Positions 12,450 through 26,929 of a DNA stretch of 64,000 bases are shown here, piece after piece. The translations under genes and the position numbers were made by a program. Positions within the stretch are counted from its first letter, which is position 1. Every line of letters starts with the position of its first letter. The notes under the pieces were generated by a model. It searched no databases and had not been told where the DNA came from. It saw nothing but the letters and a program-made list of their open reading frames with translations. The stretch lies in contig OZ024750.1 in assembly GCA_964016885.1 (NCBI GenBank), positions 9,362,001 to 9,426,000 of the forward strand, in the 5' to 3' direction. The DNA is from Eledone cirrhosa. Taxonomy: Eukaryota.

Positions 12450-15400
12450 CAACTACTGCTCCTGCTACTACTATCGCTGCTGCTGCAACTACTACTACTA
12501 CTACTACTACTATTACTACTACTACTATCACTGCTGCTGCAACTATTACTACTGCTGCTGCTGCTGCTACTACTGTTGCTGCTGCTGAAACTACTGCTAC
12601 TACTATTACTACTACTACTACTACTACTACTACTGCTACTGCTGCTGCAACTTCTACTAATAATATAAATAATGATAATAATCAACATCAGAACCACCAC
12701 CATCACCACCACCACCACCACCACCACTATCATTACCACCTCTGGCATCATCATCATCATCATCATGACAATGATGATAACAACACCAAAAACACTGTAT
12801 ATGCACCATCACTCACTACCACCACCACTACCACCACCACCACTTCTATCACCAACAACAACAATAACAACAGCAACACCATCAAAATTACCACCACTAC
12901 TATCATCATCACCACCACCATCACCACCACCACCATCATCACCCTCACCAACATCATCACCACCACCACCACCACCACCACCATCACCCTCACCAACATC
13001 ATCACCACCACCACTACCAACAACATCAACAATAACAACAGCAACACCACTATCAATACCACCACCGACACCATCAAAAATACCAACAACACCACCATCA
13101 TCATCCCCGCCATCACCATCAACACCAACAACCCCATCACCACCACCACCACCCCCACCACCACCATCACCACCCCCACCAACACCATCACCACTACCGC
13201 CCCCACCACCACCACCACCACCACCACCACCACCACCATCACCACCACCCCCACCACCATCACCACCCCCACCAACACCATCACCACTACCGCCCCTACC
13301 ACCACCACCACCACCACCACCATCACCACCACCACCACCACCATCACCACCCCCACCAACACCATCACCACTACCGCCACCACCACCATCACCACCACCA
13401 CCACCACCATCACCACCACCACCACCACCACCATCACCACCATCACCACCACCACCACAACTATCACTGTGAAAGCACTTTATATACCCCCCCCCGCCCC
13501 TTACCCCATCACCTGCCCCTGTAAACATGTTACTACCCCACCACCACCCACATAAAGCTACTCAATGCTTCCTACCTCCCCTCCCCACTGCATCTAGCCC
13601 TCCACCCCACATCAGCCTTCTCCTCACCACCACCACCATTCCTTGAAGCTAAGTTTTGCAGACTCCCAACATCATCATCACCATGCTATTGTCACCTCAC
13701 TCAATATCACATCCCCCACCATCACCCCACAAATCACCATTACACACACACACACACACATATACACCTTCTCACATACACACACACACAAACATGCACA
13801 CACACAAACATGCACACACAAACATGCACATGCATACACAAACATATACTCACAGACATACACAAACAGGTGCACTTATACACACACACACACATACACT
13901 CCCATACAGACACATGCACACATACACACACATACTCACTCACATACATACGCATACGCACACATAAACATGCACATGCATAGACATACACATATACATA
14001 CACATACACACATGCTGACACATGTACATATATATATTAATACATGCACACACACACACACACACACGTATATATATATATATATATATGCACATTAACA
14101 TTACTGCATCACACACACACACAATATTCCAACCACACACACACAAACACATTACCATCACCACATACACATAACTACAACTATTCCACCAAAACATCAC
14201 TACGCACACACGCACACAAATATACACAGACACACACATATAAAAACATACATCATCATCATCACCATCATCACCATCATCATCACCATCATCACCATCA
14301 TCATCACCATCACCATAACCATCATCATAAGCATCATCACCACTTCACCACAATTACCACCATCATCACCACAATCATCACCATCACCACAATCATCACC
14401 ATCATCATAACCATCATCATAAGCATCATCACCACAATCATCACCATCATCACCATAATCATCCTAATCACCACTAACAACACCACCATCATCACCATCA
14501 TCACCATCCTCTTCCATCAGCTAACATCAAATCTCACAGTCACCCCACCAACCTTCAACCACCACCTGTTAACACAAATGTTTACACCACCACCACCATA
14601 GCTCATCCCCCCACCACCTCCATAGCCCCACCACCACCACCATCTCCTCCACACACAAGTGTTTACACCACCACCACCACCACCATAGCTCCACCACCCC
14701 CACCCCCATAGCCCCACCACCACCACCATCTCCTCCACACACAAGTGTTTACACCACCACCACCACCACCAGCATAGCCCCATTACCACCACCACCATAC
14801 CCTCTATACCATTATATCCTCACTCACCACCATATTCACTACTATCACCTCAACACTGCCACCACAATACCACTCTGTCATCATAATACATTATAATCAC
14901 CATACAACATTAAAATACTACCACCACCACCACAACAACCATACCATCACAACACCACAACCACACCATCACAACAACACCATAATCACACCATCATAAC
15001 ATCACCACAACAACCTCACAACCACAACATCAAAAAACCACCACCATAACAACAAACCCCACAACCATACCATCACCACACCACAACAACAACACAACCA
15101 CACCATCAAAAAACCACCACCATAACAACAAACCCCTCAACCACACCACCACCACAATAACCTCAGAACCACATCATCAAAAAACCACCACCACAACAAC
15201 AACCCCCACATCAACACAACAGCAACGCCCACAGCCACACCACCACAACATCAACCTCACAACCACATCATCAAAATAATACCACAACACTACCACCACA
15301 GCACTATAATCTCAACAACACCATCTAACAACACAACCACAACACCACCATTGCAACAACACTGCCACAATACAACAAAATTAACAGCACCATAACAACA

Positions 15401-16240
15401 CTGTCACAACAACGACCTCACAACATTACCACAACAATAATCACAACAACATTATCACAACACTGTCACAACAACACTGTCACAACAACGACCTCACAAC
15501 ATTACCACAACAATAATCACAACAACATTATCACAACACTGTCACAACAACACTGTGACAACAACGACCTCACAACATTACCACAACAATAATCACAACA
15601 ACATTATCACAACACTCTCACAACAACAATCACAACAACATTACCATGACGAAAACGTTATCACAACTACACCATTAGAAAAACCTCCACAACAACCACC
15701 CCACAACTCCACCATGACACTACCAGCACTTTACACCAACGCAAAAATGCCATGCAACCACCCCACCACCACCGCACTACCACCACCATCACCACCACAC
15801 TACCACCACCATCACCACCACACTACCACCACCACCATCACCACTACGCCGCCATCTCCACCACAACCACCATTACTACATCAGCCCCACCACTGCCCCC
15901 AGCACAACTACCACACCACCACCACCACCACTACACCATCTCCACCACAACCACCATTACTACACCACCCCGCCACTACACCACCACACATCACCACTAT
16001 CACTAACTACACCACCATGACTACGACAACCACCACACCACTAACAACTGTCCCTCCGCTCCCCAACTACACCATCACACCCCCACCACCACCACCACTA
16101 ACTACACCACCACCACAACTACTAACTACAAACTACACCACCACCACTAACTACATCACCACCACCACCATTAAATACAACTGTCCCTCCACCCCCCCAC
16201 CACCACTACACCACCACCACCACCACCACTACTACAACTG
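12450..16240. repeat. Compound simple-repeat field (ACT, CAC, CAT, CA, CAA) with a minisatellite at 15400-15640
   Basis: Direct inspection; three copies of cacaacaacgacctcacaacattaccacaacaataatcacaacaacattatcacaacact. Confidence 0.9.
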
Positions 16241-16567
16241 TCCCTCCACTCCTATCTTCCATGTTAAAACAACACTACTGTTGCTTCTACTACACTACAT
16301 CAATTTTCTTTGACAACCTAACCACTCATTCACTCATTCTACCATTCCACCAGTCTGTCATTCGTTCATTCATTCAGTCAGTCATTCCAATATTCTGTCA
16401 TTCGTTTATTCTCTTATTCATTCACTCATTCCCTTAATTATTTATGTTGTTTTTCCTTCTTTCCTTCTTTCTTCCATATATATCTTCCTTCCAATCTTTT
16501 CTTTATTATGCTCTCCCTCTCTCTCTCTCTCTTTATGTATGTGTGTGAGCGCATGTGTATATATAAA

Positions 16568-16775
16568 GGAAAAGAGTCAGGACACCAACAACTGAGCTCC
16601 AGCTGTTTCGACAGCGAGATCTGAACTCAGTCAGGATCTAGCTTCAGATCTAGCTGTTGAAATGGCCGGAGCTCAGCTATCAGGGTCCTGACTCTTTCCT
16701 ATTACCCACTCTACTACCCTAAGTATTGAGTACTCTGGTCCACCTGGTATCTTACTACACCTTCTTTGTTCTTTA
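16568..16775. mobile_element. Foldback repeat family (imperfect ~130-bp palindrome plus unique tail)
   Basis: aaagagtcaggac...ctgagctc...agatctgaa / ttcagatct...gagctcag...gtcctgactcttt. Related pieces at 9630-9712, 28126-28185, 41591-41630, 60270-60420. Confidence 0.7.
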
Positions 16776-16784
16776 ACTATATAT

Positions 16785-16815
<31 letters not shown>

Positions 16816-16978
16816 TTCTCTTATAATCTTTCTTTTACGCAGTTTCTCTCTCTATTTTCATCACACACACATACAATGATGATGATGTGCCCAATGTCTG
16901 GCCCTCCCTACTCATAGATCTGACTGATCAGAGCTCACCTGGAGCTAAACAATAACACGGACATTATTTCTTGTGGGA

Positions 16979-17167
16979 ACGGTGGATTAGCAGTATTGGT
17001 AGAGGGTCGGACGCCATGCTTTAACGCATAGAGTTACGGCCCTTGCCATTCTGGCTTCAAATCCCGTCAAGGTTAACTTTGCCTTTCACCCTTACGGGGT
17101 CGATAAAATAAAGTACCAGTAATGTACTGGGGTAATTGCTGGCCTTGTGCCTACAGTAGAAACAATT
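16979..17167 (+). mobile_element. SINE A full length with 16-bp TSD
   Basis: attatttcttgtggga repeated directly on both sides (~16963-16978 and ~17168-17183). Confidence 0.92.
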
Positions 17168-17349
17168 ATTATTTCTTGTGGGAGCTTCATAGTGGTTTGC
17201 TCAACTTGCTAGCAATAGCAGCCAAAACCCACTCGAATTACCCACAACTGTCTTAAAAAGGAGAAACCTCATTGGACAATAAATCATTAAATTAGTGAGA
17301 AGTCATAAAAACATCAGATAGAAAGACTTGCTGGCCTGGGGCTAAACAG

Positions 17350-18331
17350 CAACACCACCACCCCCACCACTACCACCGCTACCACCGCTACCACCACCAC
17401 CACCATCCTTACTATCACTTCAGCAGCAGCAACAACAACAACAACAACATCAACTATAACAACAAATGACATCACTGAAATCCACCAGCAGCAGCAGTGA
17501 ATCAATAGTTCCCTCACTTTGACAGCCATTTCTACTACCACTACCATTACTACCACCTCCACCACCTCCACTACCATCACCACCACTACCATTACTACCA
17601 CCTCCACCACCATCACCACCACTACCATTACTACCACCTCCACCACCTCCACCACCATCACCACCACTACCATTACTACCACCTCCACCACCTCCACCAC
17701 CATCACCACCACCACCATCACCACCACTACCATTACTACCACCTCCACCACCTCCACCACCACTACCATTACTACCACCTCCACCACCTCCACCACCATC
17801 ACCACCACTACCATTACCACCACCTCCACTATTACCACCACCTCCACCACTACCACCACCACCACCACCACCTACAACACCACTACTATCACTACCACCT
17901 CCACCATCTACAACACCATCACCACCACTACCATTACCACCACCACCTCCACCACTACCACCACCACCACCACCTACAACACTACCACCACCATCACCAT
18001 CACCATCACCACTTCAACCACCACCACTATCACCACCACCACAAACACCACCACCACAAACACCACCACTATCACCACCACCACAAACATTATCACCATC
18101 ACAACCATGACTACCACCACAAACATTATCAACACTATCACAAACATTACCATCATGGTTAGTAGTAGTAGTAGTAGTAGTAGTAGCAGCAATAGTAGTA
18201 GTTGTAGTAGTAGTAGTAGTAGTAGTAGTAGTAACAGCAGGAGTAGCAGTAATGGTGGTAGTAGTAGTGGTAGTGGTAGTGGTAGTGGTAGTAGCAGCAG
18301 CAGCAGTAGTAGTAGTAACAGCAGGAGTAGC

Positions 18332-18372
<41 letters not shown>

Positions 18373-18505
18373 CTGTAGTAGTAGTAGTAGTAGTAGTAAC
18401 AGCAGGAGTAGCAGTAATAGTGGTAGTAGTAGTCGTAGTGGTAGTAGTGGTAGTGGTAGTAGTAGTAGCAGCAGCAGTAGTAGTAGTAGTAACAGCAGGA
18501 GTAGC

Positions 18506-18554
<49 letters not shown>

Positions 18555-18570
18555 ATGGCAGTAGTAGTAG
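17350..18570. repeat. (CAC/TAC)n array abutting an (AGT/GGT)n array
   Basis: Strand polarity switches at ~18155. Confidence 0.9.
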
Positions 18571-18654
18571 TGTTATCTTTGTTATATCATATCAAGTATC
18601 ATGTCAACCTCTACTGTAGCAACAGGTACATCCTCTACTTCTTTGAATCATCAT

Positions 18655-19040
18655 GGTTGGTGGATTGGCAGAATCGGTAGAGCATCAGACACCATGTTTT
18701 ATGACATGTAGTTACATCCCTTTAGTTTTGCCTTTCATCCTAACGGTGTCGATAAAATAAAGTACCAGTAACACACTGGGGCCGATTTAATCGACTTTCC
18801 CCTCCACCAAAATTACTGTCCTTGTGTCTAAATCAGAAACTGAGGGTCGGACGCAATGCTTTGCAGCATAGAGTTACGCCCCTTTGCATTCTCAGTTCAA
18901 ATCCTGCCGAGGTTAACTTTACCTTTCATCCTTACAGGGTCGATAAAATAAAGTACCAGTAATGCACTGGGGTCGATTTAATCGACTTTCCCCTCCCCTA
19001 ATATTGCTGGCCTTGTGCCTATATAAGAAACCATTATTAT
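18655..19040 (+). mobile_element. Tandem pair of SINE A (long subfamily)
   Basis: Two head-to-tail copies, both carrying the cgatttaatcgactttcccctcc segment. Confidence 0.9.
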
Positions 19041-19274
19041 TTCGACAGCCTACTGTGATTTTCAATGAGGGAGGCAGAGTGTTGTAAAAAAGCTAATCTA
19101 AGCCAGTGAAGTGACAGATGTGTTGAACCATGTGTAAGGTACAAAGTGCCAGAATTTGATGGTCTACCTTGTTAGTTCTACTTCTATTTGCCAGACTTGT
19201 TTGTTATGGTCTTGACAGATGTCTACTGAAGCTGGCAACTGAGTGGCAGCATCTCCTGTCATGTAAGCCAGAAA

Positions 19275-19743
19275 GTAATCTCAAGGAACCCCTGCTTAAA
19301 AATTAGTATATACCATTATTAACATCTATCTCTTTAGCATTTAAACCGACTGTATCCGGTCAGGATTCTCTCACCTTTTTCGGTTCATACCGGCCATAAC
19401 CGGCCCCTCATACCAACATTAAGGTATTCTTCTCAAAATAAATAATATCAAAATCTCATAGATTCAATATTATGTGAGATAATTATGTGAGGTAAAGCCT
19501 TTACCACAAAAATACAATAGTTTATATAGAGTAATGTAAATGCTAAAAGGTTAATATAAGGGGTTGAAGCCTTTATTATAATAACCAAGGATTTTCCAAC
19601 AATATGTTGTATATGTATCGTAAAATTATGAATATAAGATTAAACAAAAATTACTCAAAACTACATTAGCTTATTTATCACTGTTCTTCAGTAACCTCTG
19701 CCAAAACCCTGAGGTTCCTGGGAACACTGGTTGAGCAATACTG
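19275..19743 (+). mobile_element. hAT (Charlie-like) non-autonomous fragment; related 5' end at 8788-8880
   Basis: ggaacccctgc..aaaaatta shared with 8860-8875; ends ggttcctgggaacactggttgagcaatactg, resembling hAT termini. Confidence 0.5.
19330..19550. mobile_element. piggyBac-type MITE (opposite orientation) nested in a hAT-like fragment
   Basis: ctttagcatttaaa...taaatgctaaaagg-TTAA. Confidence 0.8.
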
Positions 19744-19994
19744 ATTTTTAGAGTGAAAGAATAAATAAATTTAGCTGAATTTCATGAATAAAAAGAATTG
19801 TTTGTTTACCCATTTAAGGTATTTTTATTTAATTTTTTTTGTGTGTGTGTTTTGTTGAAGAAGTGGTCTCAAACAGTGATGTGGTATTTCTATTTTAACA
19901 CTCCTAAAATAGGATGAATGTATTTTTATAAAATCTCATTTACAAATAATTCCTAAAAAAATTTTCTTTAATTTTTTTTTGTTTTTTTTTTCAG

Positions 19995-20119
19995 AAATGG
20001 CATCTTTTTATGAAGTAATAAGACTAGAGAGAGAAAATGGACAAAGAAAGGAAGAGAAAACGGTAGGAAAACTCTCAATTATGCTAACTGATAATAAAAC
20101 CTCACCCTCAACTAAAGGG
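19995..20119 (+). CDS. Candidate coding exon of an unidentified gene (MASFYEVIRLERENGQRKEEKTVGKLSIMLTDNKTSPSTKG)
   Basis: Long T tract + TCAG acceptor, ATG at 19997, 41 open codons, strong donor GGG|GTAAGA and an in-frame alternative donor ACG|GTAGGA at 20062. No recognisable homology. Confidence 0.3.
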
Positions 20120-21139
20120 GTAAGAAAGGAAAGCCAGTAACATTCCAATAATTACTGCTGCCACTACCAAGAATTCTGGCTGTGGTTGTAGAGACAGCAA
20201 CAACACCAATGTATCTAGTGACTACAATGATAACAACAACAACAATACCTTCACAACTACCATCACAATAGCTACTACTACCTCACCATCACCACCATCA
20301 CCATCATCACCACCACCATCACCATCATTACCACCATCATAACCATCAATGGTAACAAGATAAAGGCTTTGACCATAAATTCTAAGCCAGAACTAGCAGA
20401 ATAAATGTAATTGCTTCCAATATGAGCACCATTAATGCTACTACAACTATATCCACTTGGGCCACTAGCAGCACCACCATCACCGCCAACAACACCAACA
20501 TAGACAACCACAACAACAACAAGAATACAAAGGTTAGTTTATTGGTCAACTCTATGCCATTTATTCCATGCCAGAAATGATATTTTTATACATTTATACA
20601 TTAATAGTAGAAGGTATAGATTGGTGTTTTATTGTAATGTAATTTCAGAGTTGTACATGCTTAGAAGTAACTTTATCTGAGATTTTGCATTGAAATTGAA
20701 AGAATTACATTCTGGGAGAATCATGATAACCATTTAAGACACAAGAGATGTTGCATTTACATTTAAAAAAGAAAAATTCTGAATAGTCCCATAACATAAT
20801 ATAATTTTCTTGCTAGAAAAGTTTCCTATTTCAACAAACTCTTTATTGTCTGGTCAGGCACACAAGACACACTGGGGAATACTAGAGTGATGTAATATTT
20901 TACTACCTCTTCCAGATCATTTCAAGATATATTCTTCTCAGACATTTGAAAATATATTATCATTTCATCTTATTTTCTGTAGTCTCTGCTGTTCCTAACA
21001 CCAGCACTAGGGAGGTTGTCATATCTATGACACATATGTAGAGACCTCCTGACTTGGGCAAGTTTTCTATGGCTGGATGTCATTCCTATCACCAGCACTA
21101 GGGGGATTGTCTTGTCTATGACACAGATAAAGAGTTCTC

Positions 21140-21325
21140 CTGACCCAGGACTAGACTCCGAGCAAGATGGTTGGATAACATCCATGAGCTTGGCTGGTCT
21201 CGCTTGGGGATCCAGCTGGATCATTTGGAAACAGTTGCTTCTGAAAGAACCCCCTGGAAGAAGTGTTTGAGGACTGCCCCCCCCCCCCCCCCCCCGCCGA
21301 CCCTCTCAGGAATAAGTGGGCAAAG
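21140..21325 (+). mobile_element. RTE (Expander/Rex3-like) C-terminal fragment
   Basis: RLRARWLDNIHELGWSRLGIQLDHLETVASERTPWKKCLRT. Confidence 0.7.
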
Positions 21326-21867
21326 AAGAAGTATAATGCTTCTGTATTTAGTATTATTGATAAGTTTAATGTCTAATGTGTCTGTGTTGCTAGTCAAGTA
21401 CCCAATTCAGGATGTAATTTGTAATTATAGTTCATGGACGTTAGATTTGCCAAAAGATATTTTTTATTTAACAAATTTGAAGATCTTCATTATGTCAAGG
21501 ACAATATCTTTGTGTTTTGCTTCATTTAGCAAATGTTATTGTTGCTGTTGTTGTTGTTGATATAATCGACAGTGTTACTGTTATTTCTATTGTTGCTAGG
21601 ACAAGTAGGTGGTAGATGTAACTTGCCATTCAATTTAACACCACTACCTGCTTCTTGGATGCCTTTCAGAAGAATATTATGTTTGATTGATTCAGGCAAA
21701 GTCTTTGATCTGGGGATAATTCCTTTTCTTCCAGTAACAGAAATGCTGAAATAAGCAATAGGAGCTGATAATCCTCATCTCACTTAATCACGTAAAAACA
21801 TAAGTAGAAAAAAAAATCAATATTTATTACTGGTACAACTAATATCGTTATACTTGATTGTTTTCTT

Positions 21868-22082
21868 CTTTATCTTCTTTGCCCACATATTCCTGAGATG
21901 GTCATGGGGGCAGAGTCCTCAAAAACTTCTTCCAGTGGGTCTTGTCAGAAGCAGCCATCTCCAACTGATCCAGCTAGATCCCCAAGCAAGACCAGCCAAG
22001 CTCATGGATGTTATCCAACCATCTTGCTTGGGAGTTTACCCCTGGGTCTCCTGCTGGTTGGTTTTACCCGTAAAATCTTGAT
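21868..22082 (-). mobile_element. RTE (Expander/Rex3-like) C-terminal fragment, inverted relative to 21140-21325
   Basis: Minus strand VKPTSRRPRGKLPSKMV.../WLDNIHELGWSCLGI (frameshifted); homologous to 21140-21325 and 34605-34722. Confidence 0.7.
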
Positions 22083-22094
22083 ATTCTTGAGTTT

Positions 22095-22768
22095 CGGTAG
22101 AGGGTCGAACATGCTTTCCAACATAGTTACGTCCCTTCACGATCTGAGTTCAAATCCCGCAGAGGTTAACTTTGCCTTTCATCCTTACGGGGTCGATAAA
22201 ATAAAGTACCAGTAATCATCATCATCATCATCATCATCAGGTTTAGCGTCCGTGTTCCACGCTTGCATGGGTTTGGACGGGGGTTTTCCCACTTGAGGCA
22301 AGAGTGGTTGTCTTGCTCGCATAGGACTGTCTGGCGGGTTTTCTACGGCTGGATGCCCTTCCTAACACCAACCACATTTACAGTGTGGGGCTGGGAGGTT
22401 TTTACCGTGTTGCCTACACGGCCACATTACAGCGTGGACTGTCTGGCGGGTTTTCTACAGCTGGATGCGCTTCCTAACACCAACCACATTTACAGTGTGG
22501 GGCTGGGAGGTTTTTACCGTGTTGCCTACACGGCCACATTACAGCGTGGACTGTGTGTTTTTTGTCGTGACACCTACACGATCTCATTTGTTTCGGCCTG
22601 GATGTTGTGGGACCAACATAACTTTACATTGAAAGGGGCGGTGTGGGTGGGGTGGAGGTGGTGGGACGGGGGTGTGTTTTGATAGAGATGCCTACTGACT
22701 GTAGTAGGTTTTTAATGTACTGGGTAATTGCTGGCCTTGTGCCAAAAGTAGAAACAGTTATTATTATT
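22095..22768 (+). mobile_element. SINE A split by insertion of an RTE-tail element (22216-22710, - strand)
   Basis: SINE A stops at ...aagtaccagtaat and resumes at taatgtactgggtaattgctggcc (~22712). The insert starts with (CAT)n and matches 46420-46750 and 3345-3598. Confidence 0.85.
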
Positions 22769-23099
22769 AATAACGTAATATTTGTTGCTGAGTTTTTGTT
22801 AATTTTGTGCAACTGGTAAAATGTTTATGATGTAGCCCCACATAATTGAGCAGGTCTCTGATCAAAATTATTCCAGCCATGAACACCCTGCTTTTTTTTT
22901 TTTTTTCACACATAATTTACTTGTAGTAGGACCTCACATTTATAATACTTAGATCAGCTGGGAAGTTCACAGGCTGACCAAGATACTCTCATGGAATGAC
23001 TAAATGAGGTTTATTTTTCATGATTGTAAATCAAACTTCTTAACCAGTTGGCTACACCAGCATACACATGAATCTCATACAAACATAGATACACACTTG

Positions 23100-23736
23100 A
23101 ATGCATACATTTATACATATATACATATATACATTTATACATATACACATATACACATATACACATATATACATATATACATATATACATTTATACATAT
23201 ATATATTTATATATATATATATATTTATACATATATATATTTATGCATATATACATTTATACATATATACATTTATACATATATACATATATATATTTAT
23301 ACATATATATATATTTATGCATAAATACATTTATACATTTATACATATATACATATATACATTTATACATATATATATTTATACATATATATATTTATAC
23401 ATATATATATTTATACATATATATATTTATACATATATATATTTATACATATATACATTTATACATATATACATTTATACATTTATACATATATACATAT
23501 ATACATATATACATTTATACATATATACATTTATACATATATACATTTATACATATATATATATTTATACATATATATATATGTATACATATATATATTT
23601 ATACATATATACATTTATACAGATATACATATATACATTTATACATATACACATATATACATATATACATATATACATTTATACATATATATTTATTTAT
23701 ACATATATACATTTATACATATATACATATATATAT
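23100..23736. repeat. TACATA/TTTATACATA satellite
   Basis: Direct inspection. Confidence 0.95.
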
Positions 23737-24141
23737 GAAACACATTCAACCCAATATTGATATGCTCTGCTGAAGAAGTTGGTTGTATTGTTGATATCAA
23801 AATTGTCGGAAAAAATATTAGAAAAAGAAAGCTATATATAGGCTATTGATAAGAAATTTACAACTGCAGTGTCTATCTAATGCACAATTTCAGTTTACAG
23901 CTGCAGTGTCTATCTAATGCACAAGTTAAGTTTCAATCAAAGGGTGACTGCACTTGGGTTATCAGAGAATAGAAGTTACACTGTAATCTAGAAACTTCAA
24001 ATGATCGCCAGAGGAGGGAAAATAATTATCGTAGAATCACTGTGAAATTTGAAGAATGAATAGACATGGAAAGAACACTGGAAAAAATCTAGTCACCCAT
24101 CTATAATCTCTCTCTCTCACGCACCCACATGCACACACATA

Positions 24142-24177
<36 letters not shown>

Positions 24178-24231
24178 TATGCACACACATGCTCTCTCTC
24201 TCTCTTTTTCTCTCTTTCTCTCACATATGAT

Positions 24232-24922
24232 AATAATTGTTTCTACTTTGGGTCAAGGCCAGCAATTATCCCAGTGCATTACTGGTACTTTATCTTATTG
24301 ACCCCGTAAGGATGAAAGGCAAAACTAACCTCGGCGGGATTTGAACTCAGACCGCAAAGGGACATAACTCTATACTGCAAAGCATGGCTTCCAACCCTCT
24401 ACCGATACTGCCAATCCACCACCCTAATAATAATAATAATTGTTTCTACTTTTGGCACAAGGCCAACAATTACCCAGTGCATTACTGGTACTTTATTTTA
24501 TCGACCCTGTAAGGATGAAAGGCAAAGTTAACCTCGGCCAGATTTGAACTCAGAATGGCAAGGGTCATAACTCCATGTGTCAAAGCATGGTGTCGACCCT
24601 CTACCGATACTGCCAATAATAATAATAATAATAATTTGTTGTATTTGCCACAGGGGTGTCAAATGAAGAGGACATTAGAAAAGCAGGTTTAGATAGAACC
24701 ACCATGTTGGTTTACATAGAAACTATTGAAGTAAAAAAAAATAATTGTTCTACTTTTGGCACAAGGCCAGCAATTACCCAGTGCATTACTGGTACTTTAT
24801 TTTATCAACCCCGTAAGGATGAAAGGCAAAGTTAACCTCGGCGAATTTTGAACTCAGGCCGTAAAGGGATGTAACTCTTTGCTGCAAAGCATGGTGTCCG
24901 ACCTTCTACCATTACTGCCAAC
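24232..24922 (-). mobile_element. Three SINE A copies (24234-24425, 24437-24615, 24742-24922)
   Basis: Reverse-strand family core ctggtactttattttatcgaccccgtaaggatgaaaggcaaagttaacctc three times. Confidence 0.9.
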
Positions 24923-25394
24923 TTTGCCACAGGGGTGTGAGATGAAGAGGGCATTACAAAAGCAGGTTTAGATAGAACCACCATGTTGGTTTACATAGAA
25001 ACTATAGAAGTAAAAATGATAATAAACAGAATGAGAAAAAAATATTTTACAGGAAATTAGCTGCAGAAAGGCATATCTAATGAAAGAGAGCAACACCTGC
25101 TGCTTACTGTCCAGATATACCTCAATGCATGTTTTTGCATCAATAACCATGGCATGCTAAGAGACCTGCTGAGGGATGTTGGCAATAGATGAACCACTTG
25201 ACCAGTAGAACCACTTGACCAGTAGAACACAACCTTTCTATAAAAAGTAGAAGACTAATCATATCAATCTGGTCAAACAAAACCCAGGTCAATGAATAAC
25301 GTGTGTGTGTGTGTGACAGCTCACACCTATGCAGGTTTAGCTGGCCTCCTCCAAGGTATATCTCGTTGGAGGTGTCTTGGGTGATTTAATGATA

Positions 25395-25555
25395 GGGACC
25401 CCAAACCTATCATCTAATTTCTACAGCTGAGTAAACTGGAGTAACATGAAATAAAGTGTCTTGCACAAGGAAACAACACATCACCCGATCCGAGAATTGA
25501 ACTCACAACTTTTCGATTGCAAGCAAAATACTCTAACCACTAAGCCATGCGCCTG
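25395..25555 (-). mobile_element. SINE B-related head plus CORE
   Basis: tttctacagctgagtaaactggag...gtcttgcacaaggaaacaac...taaccactaagccatgcgcc. Confidence 0.8.
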
Positions 25556-25649
25556 TATAATGGTCAGTCCGTAAATTAAGATGGAGGCAATCAATGTAAG
25601 CAACTTTAGTGAATCCACATGGCTTAACCCTTTAGCATTTAAACAGGCT

Positions 25650-26035
<386 letters not shown>

Positions 26036-26617
26036 TGGTGATTGTTACTGCTTATGAATTTGATAATAATATATTCATTCATCACGTGTACAAAAGCACA
26101 GCAGCAACAACAACAACAACAACAACAGCAACAGTAATAACAACAAGAATGAGGTAGAGGAGGTGGTGGTGGTGGTGGTAGAGAGGCAGGAAGACATTGT
26201 CAAAGTGAAATGACAGCATTTATCATAGAAGAAGATTGGAAAAAAAAAAAGAAGAGGGAAGTGAATCTCATTGATATTGCTGCTGCTGCTACTACTACTG
26301 CTGCTTCTACTGCTGCTGATGATGATGATGATGATGCCATGTGCTGACAGATGTACTAATGGTAATGTTTGTTGTTGTTGTTGTTGTTGTAGTTGTTGTT
26401 ACCATGACATATATCAATATAACAAGTGTCACATTGTAAACAGTTTTCAATTTCTAGATCTTTCTGTCATGGCGGTATTGCAGAAATACCTTGATAGTTC
26501 TCTAGATAGAATGCTGCCACCTTCGTAGTCGTCATCATCACTGCCACCACCACCACCTTCATCACCACCACCACCACCACCACCACCATCATCACCACCA
26601 CCATCATCATCATCACC

Positions 26618-26649
<32 letters not shown>

Positions 26650-26929
26650 TGTCGTCGTTCTTCCTTATATATATACATATATATATATAAATCTCTCTCT
26701 CTATATATATATATATATACATATATATAATTATTATCATAAATAAATCCTCAATGCAGTTGTTTAGCTCTGTACTTAATATAGAGCACTCTTTTTCCTT
26801 TATCAATTCTATTGAAACTCTTGACATTATTACTATATATATATATATATATGTGCGTGTGTGTGTGTGTGTATAAAAACAACATGGTGTAGGACAGAAC
26901 AAAGGAGAGGCACAAAAACAAAGAAAAGA

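Noticed and set aside
17519-18619. 366-aa Thr/Ser-rich mucin-like ORF
   Set aside because: Two abutting triplet-repeat arrays of opposite polarity; no signal peptide or unique domain.
23004-23773. Long Ile/Tyr/His-rich ORFs (also at 9.8-10.7, 31, 36.7-37.3, 55.8 and 61.4 kb)
   Set aside because: Translations of (TA)n/(TACA)n repeats that lack stop codons by composition.
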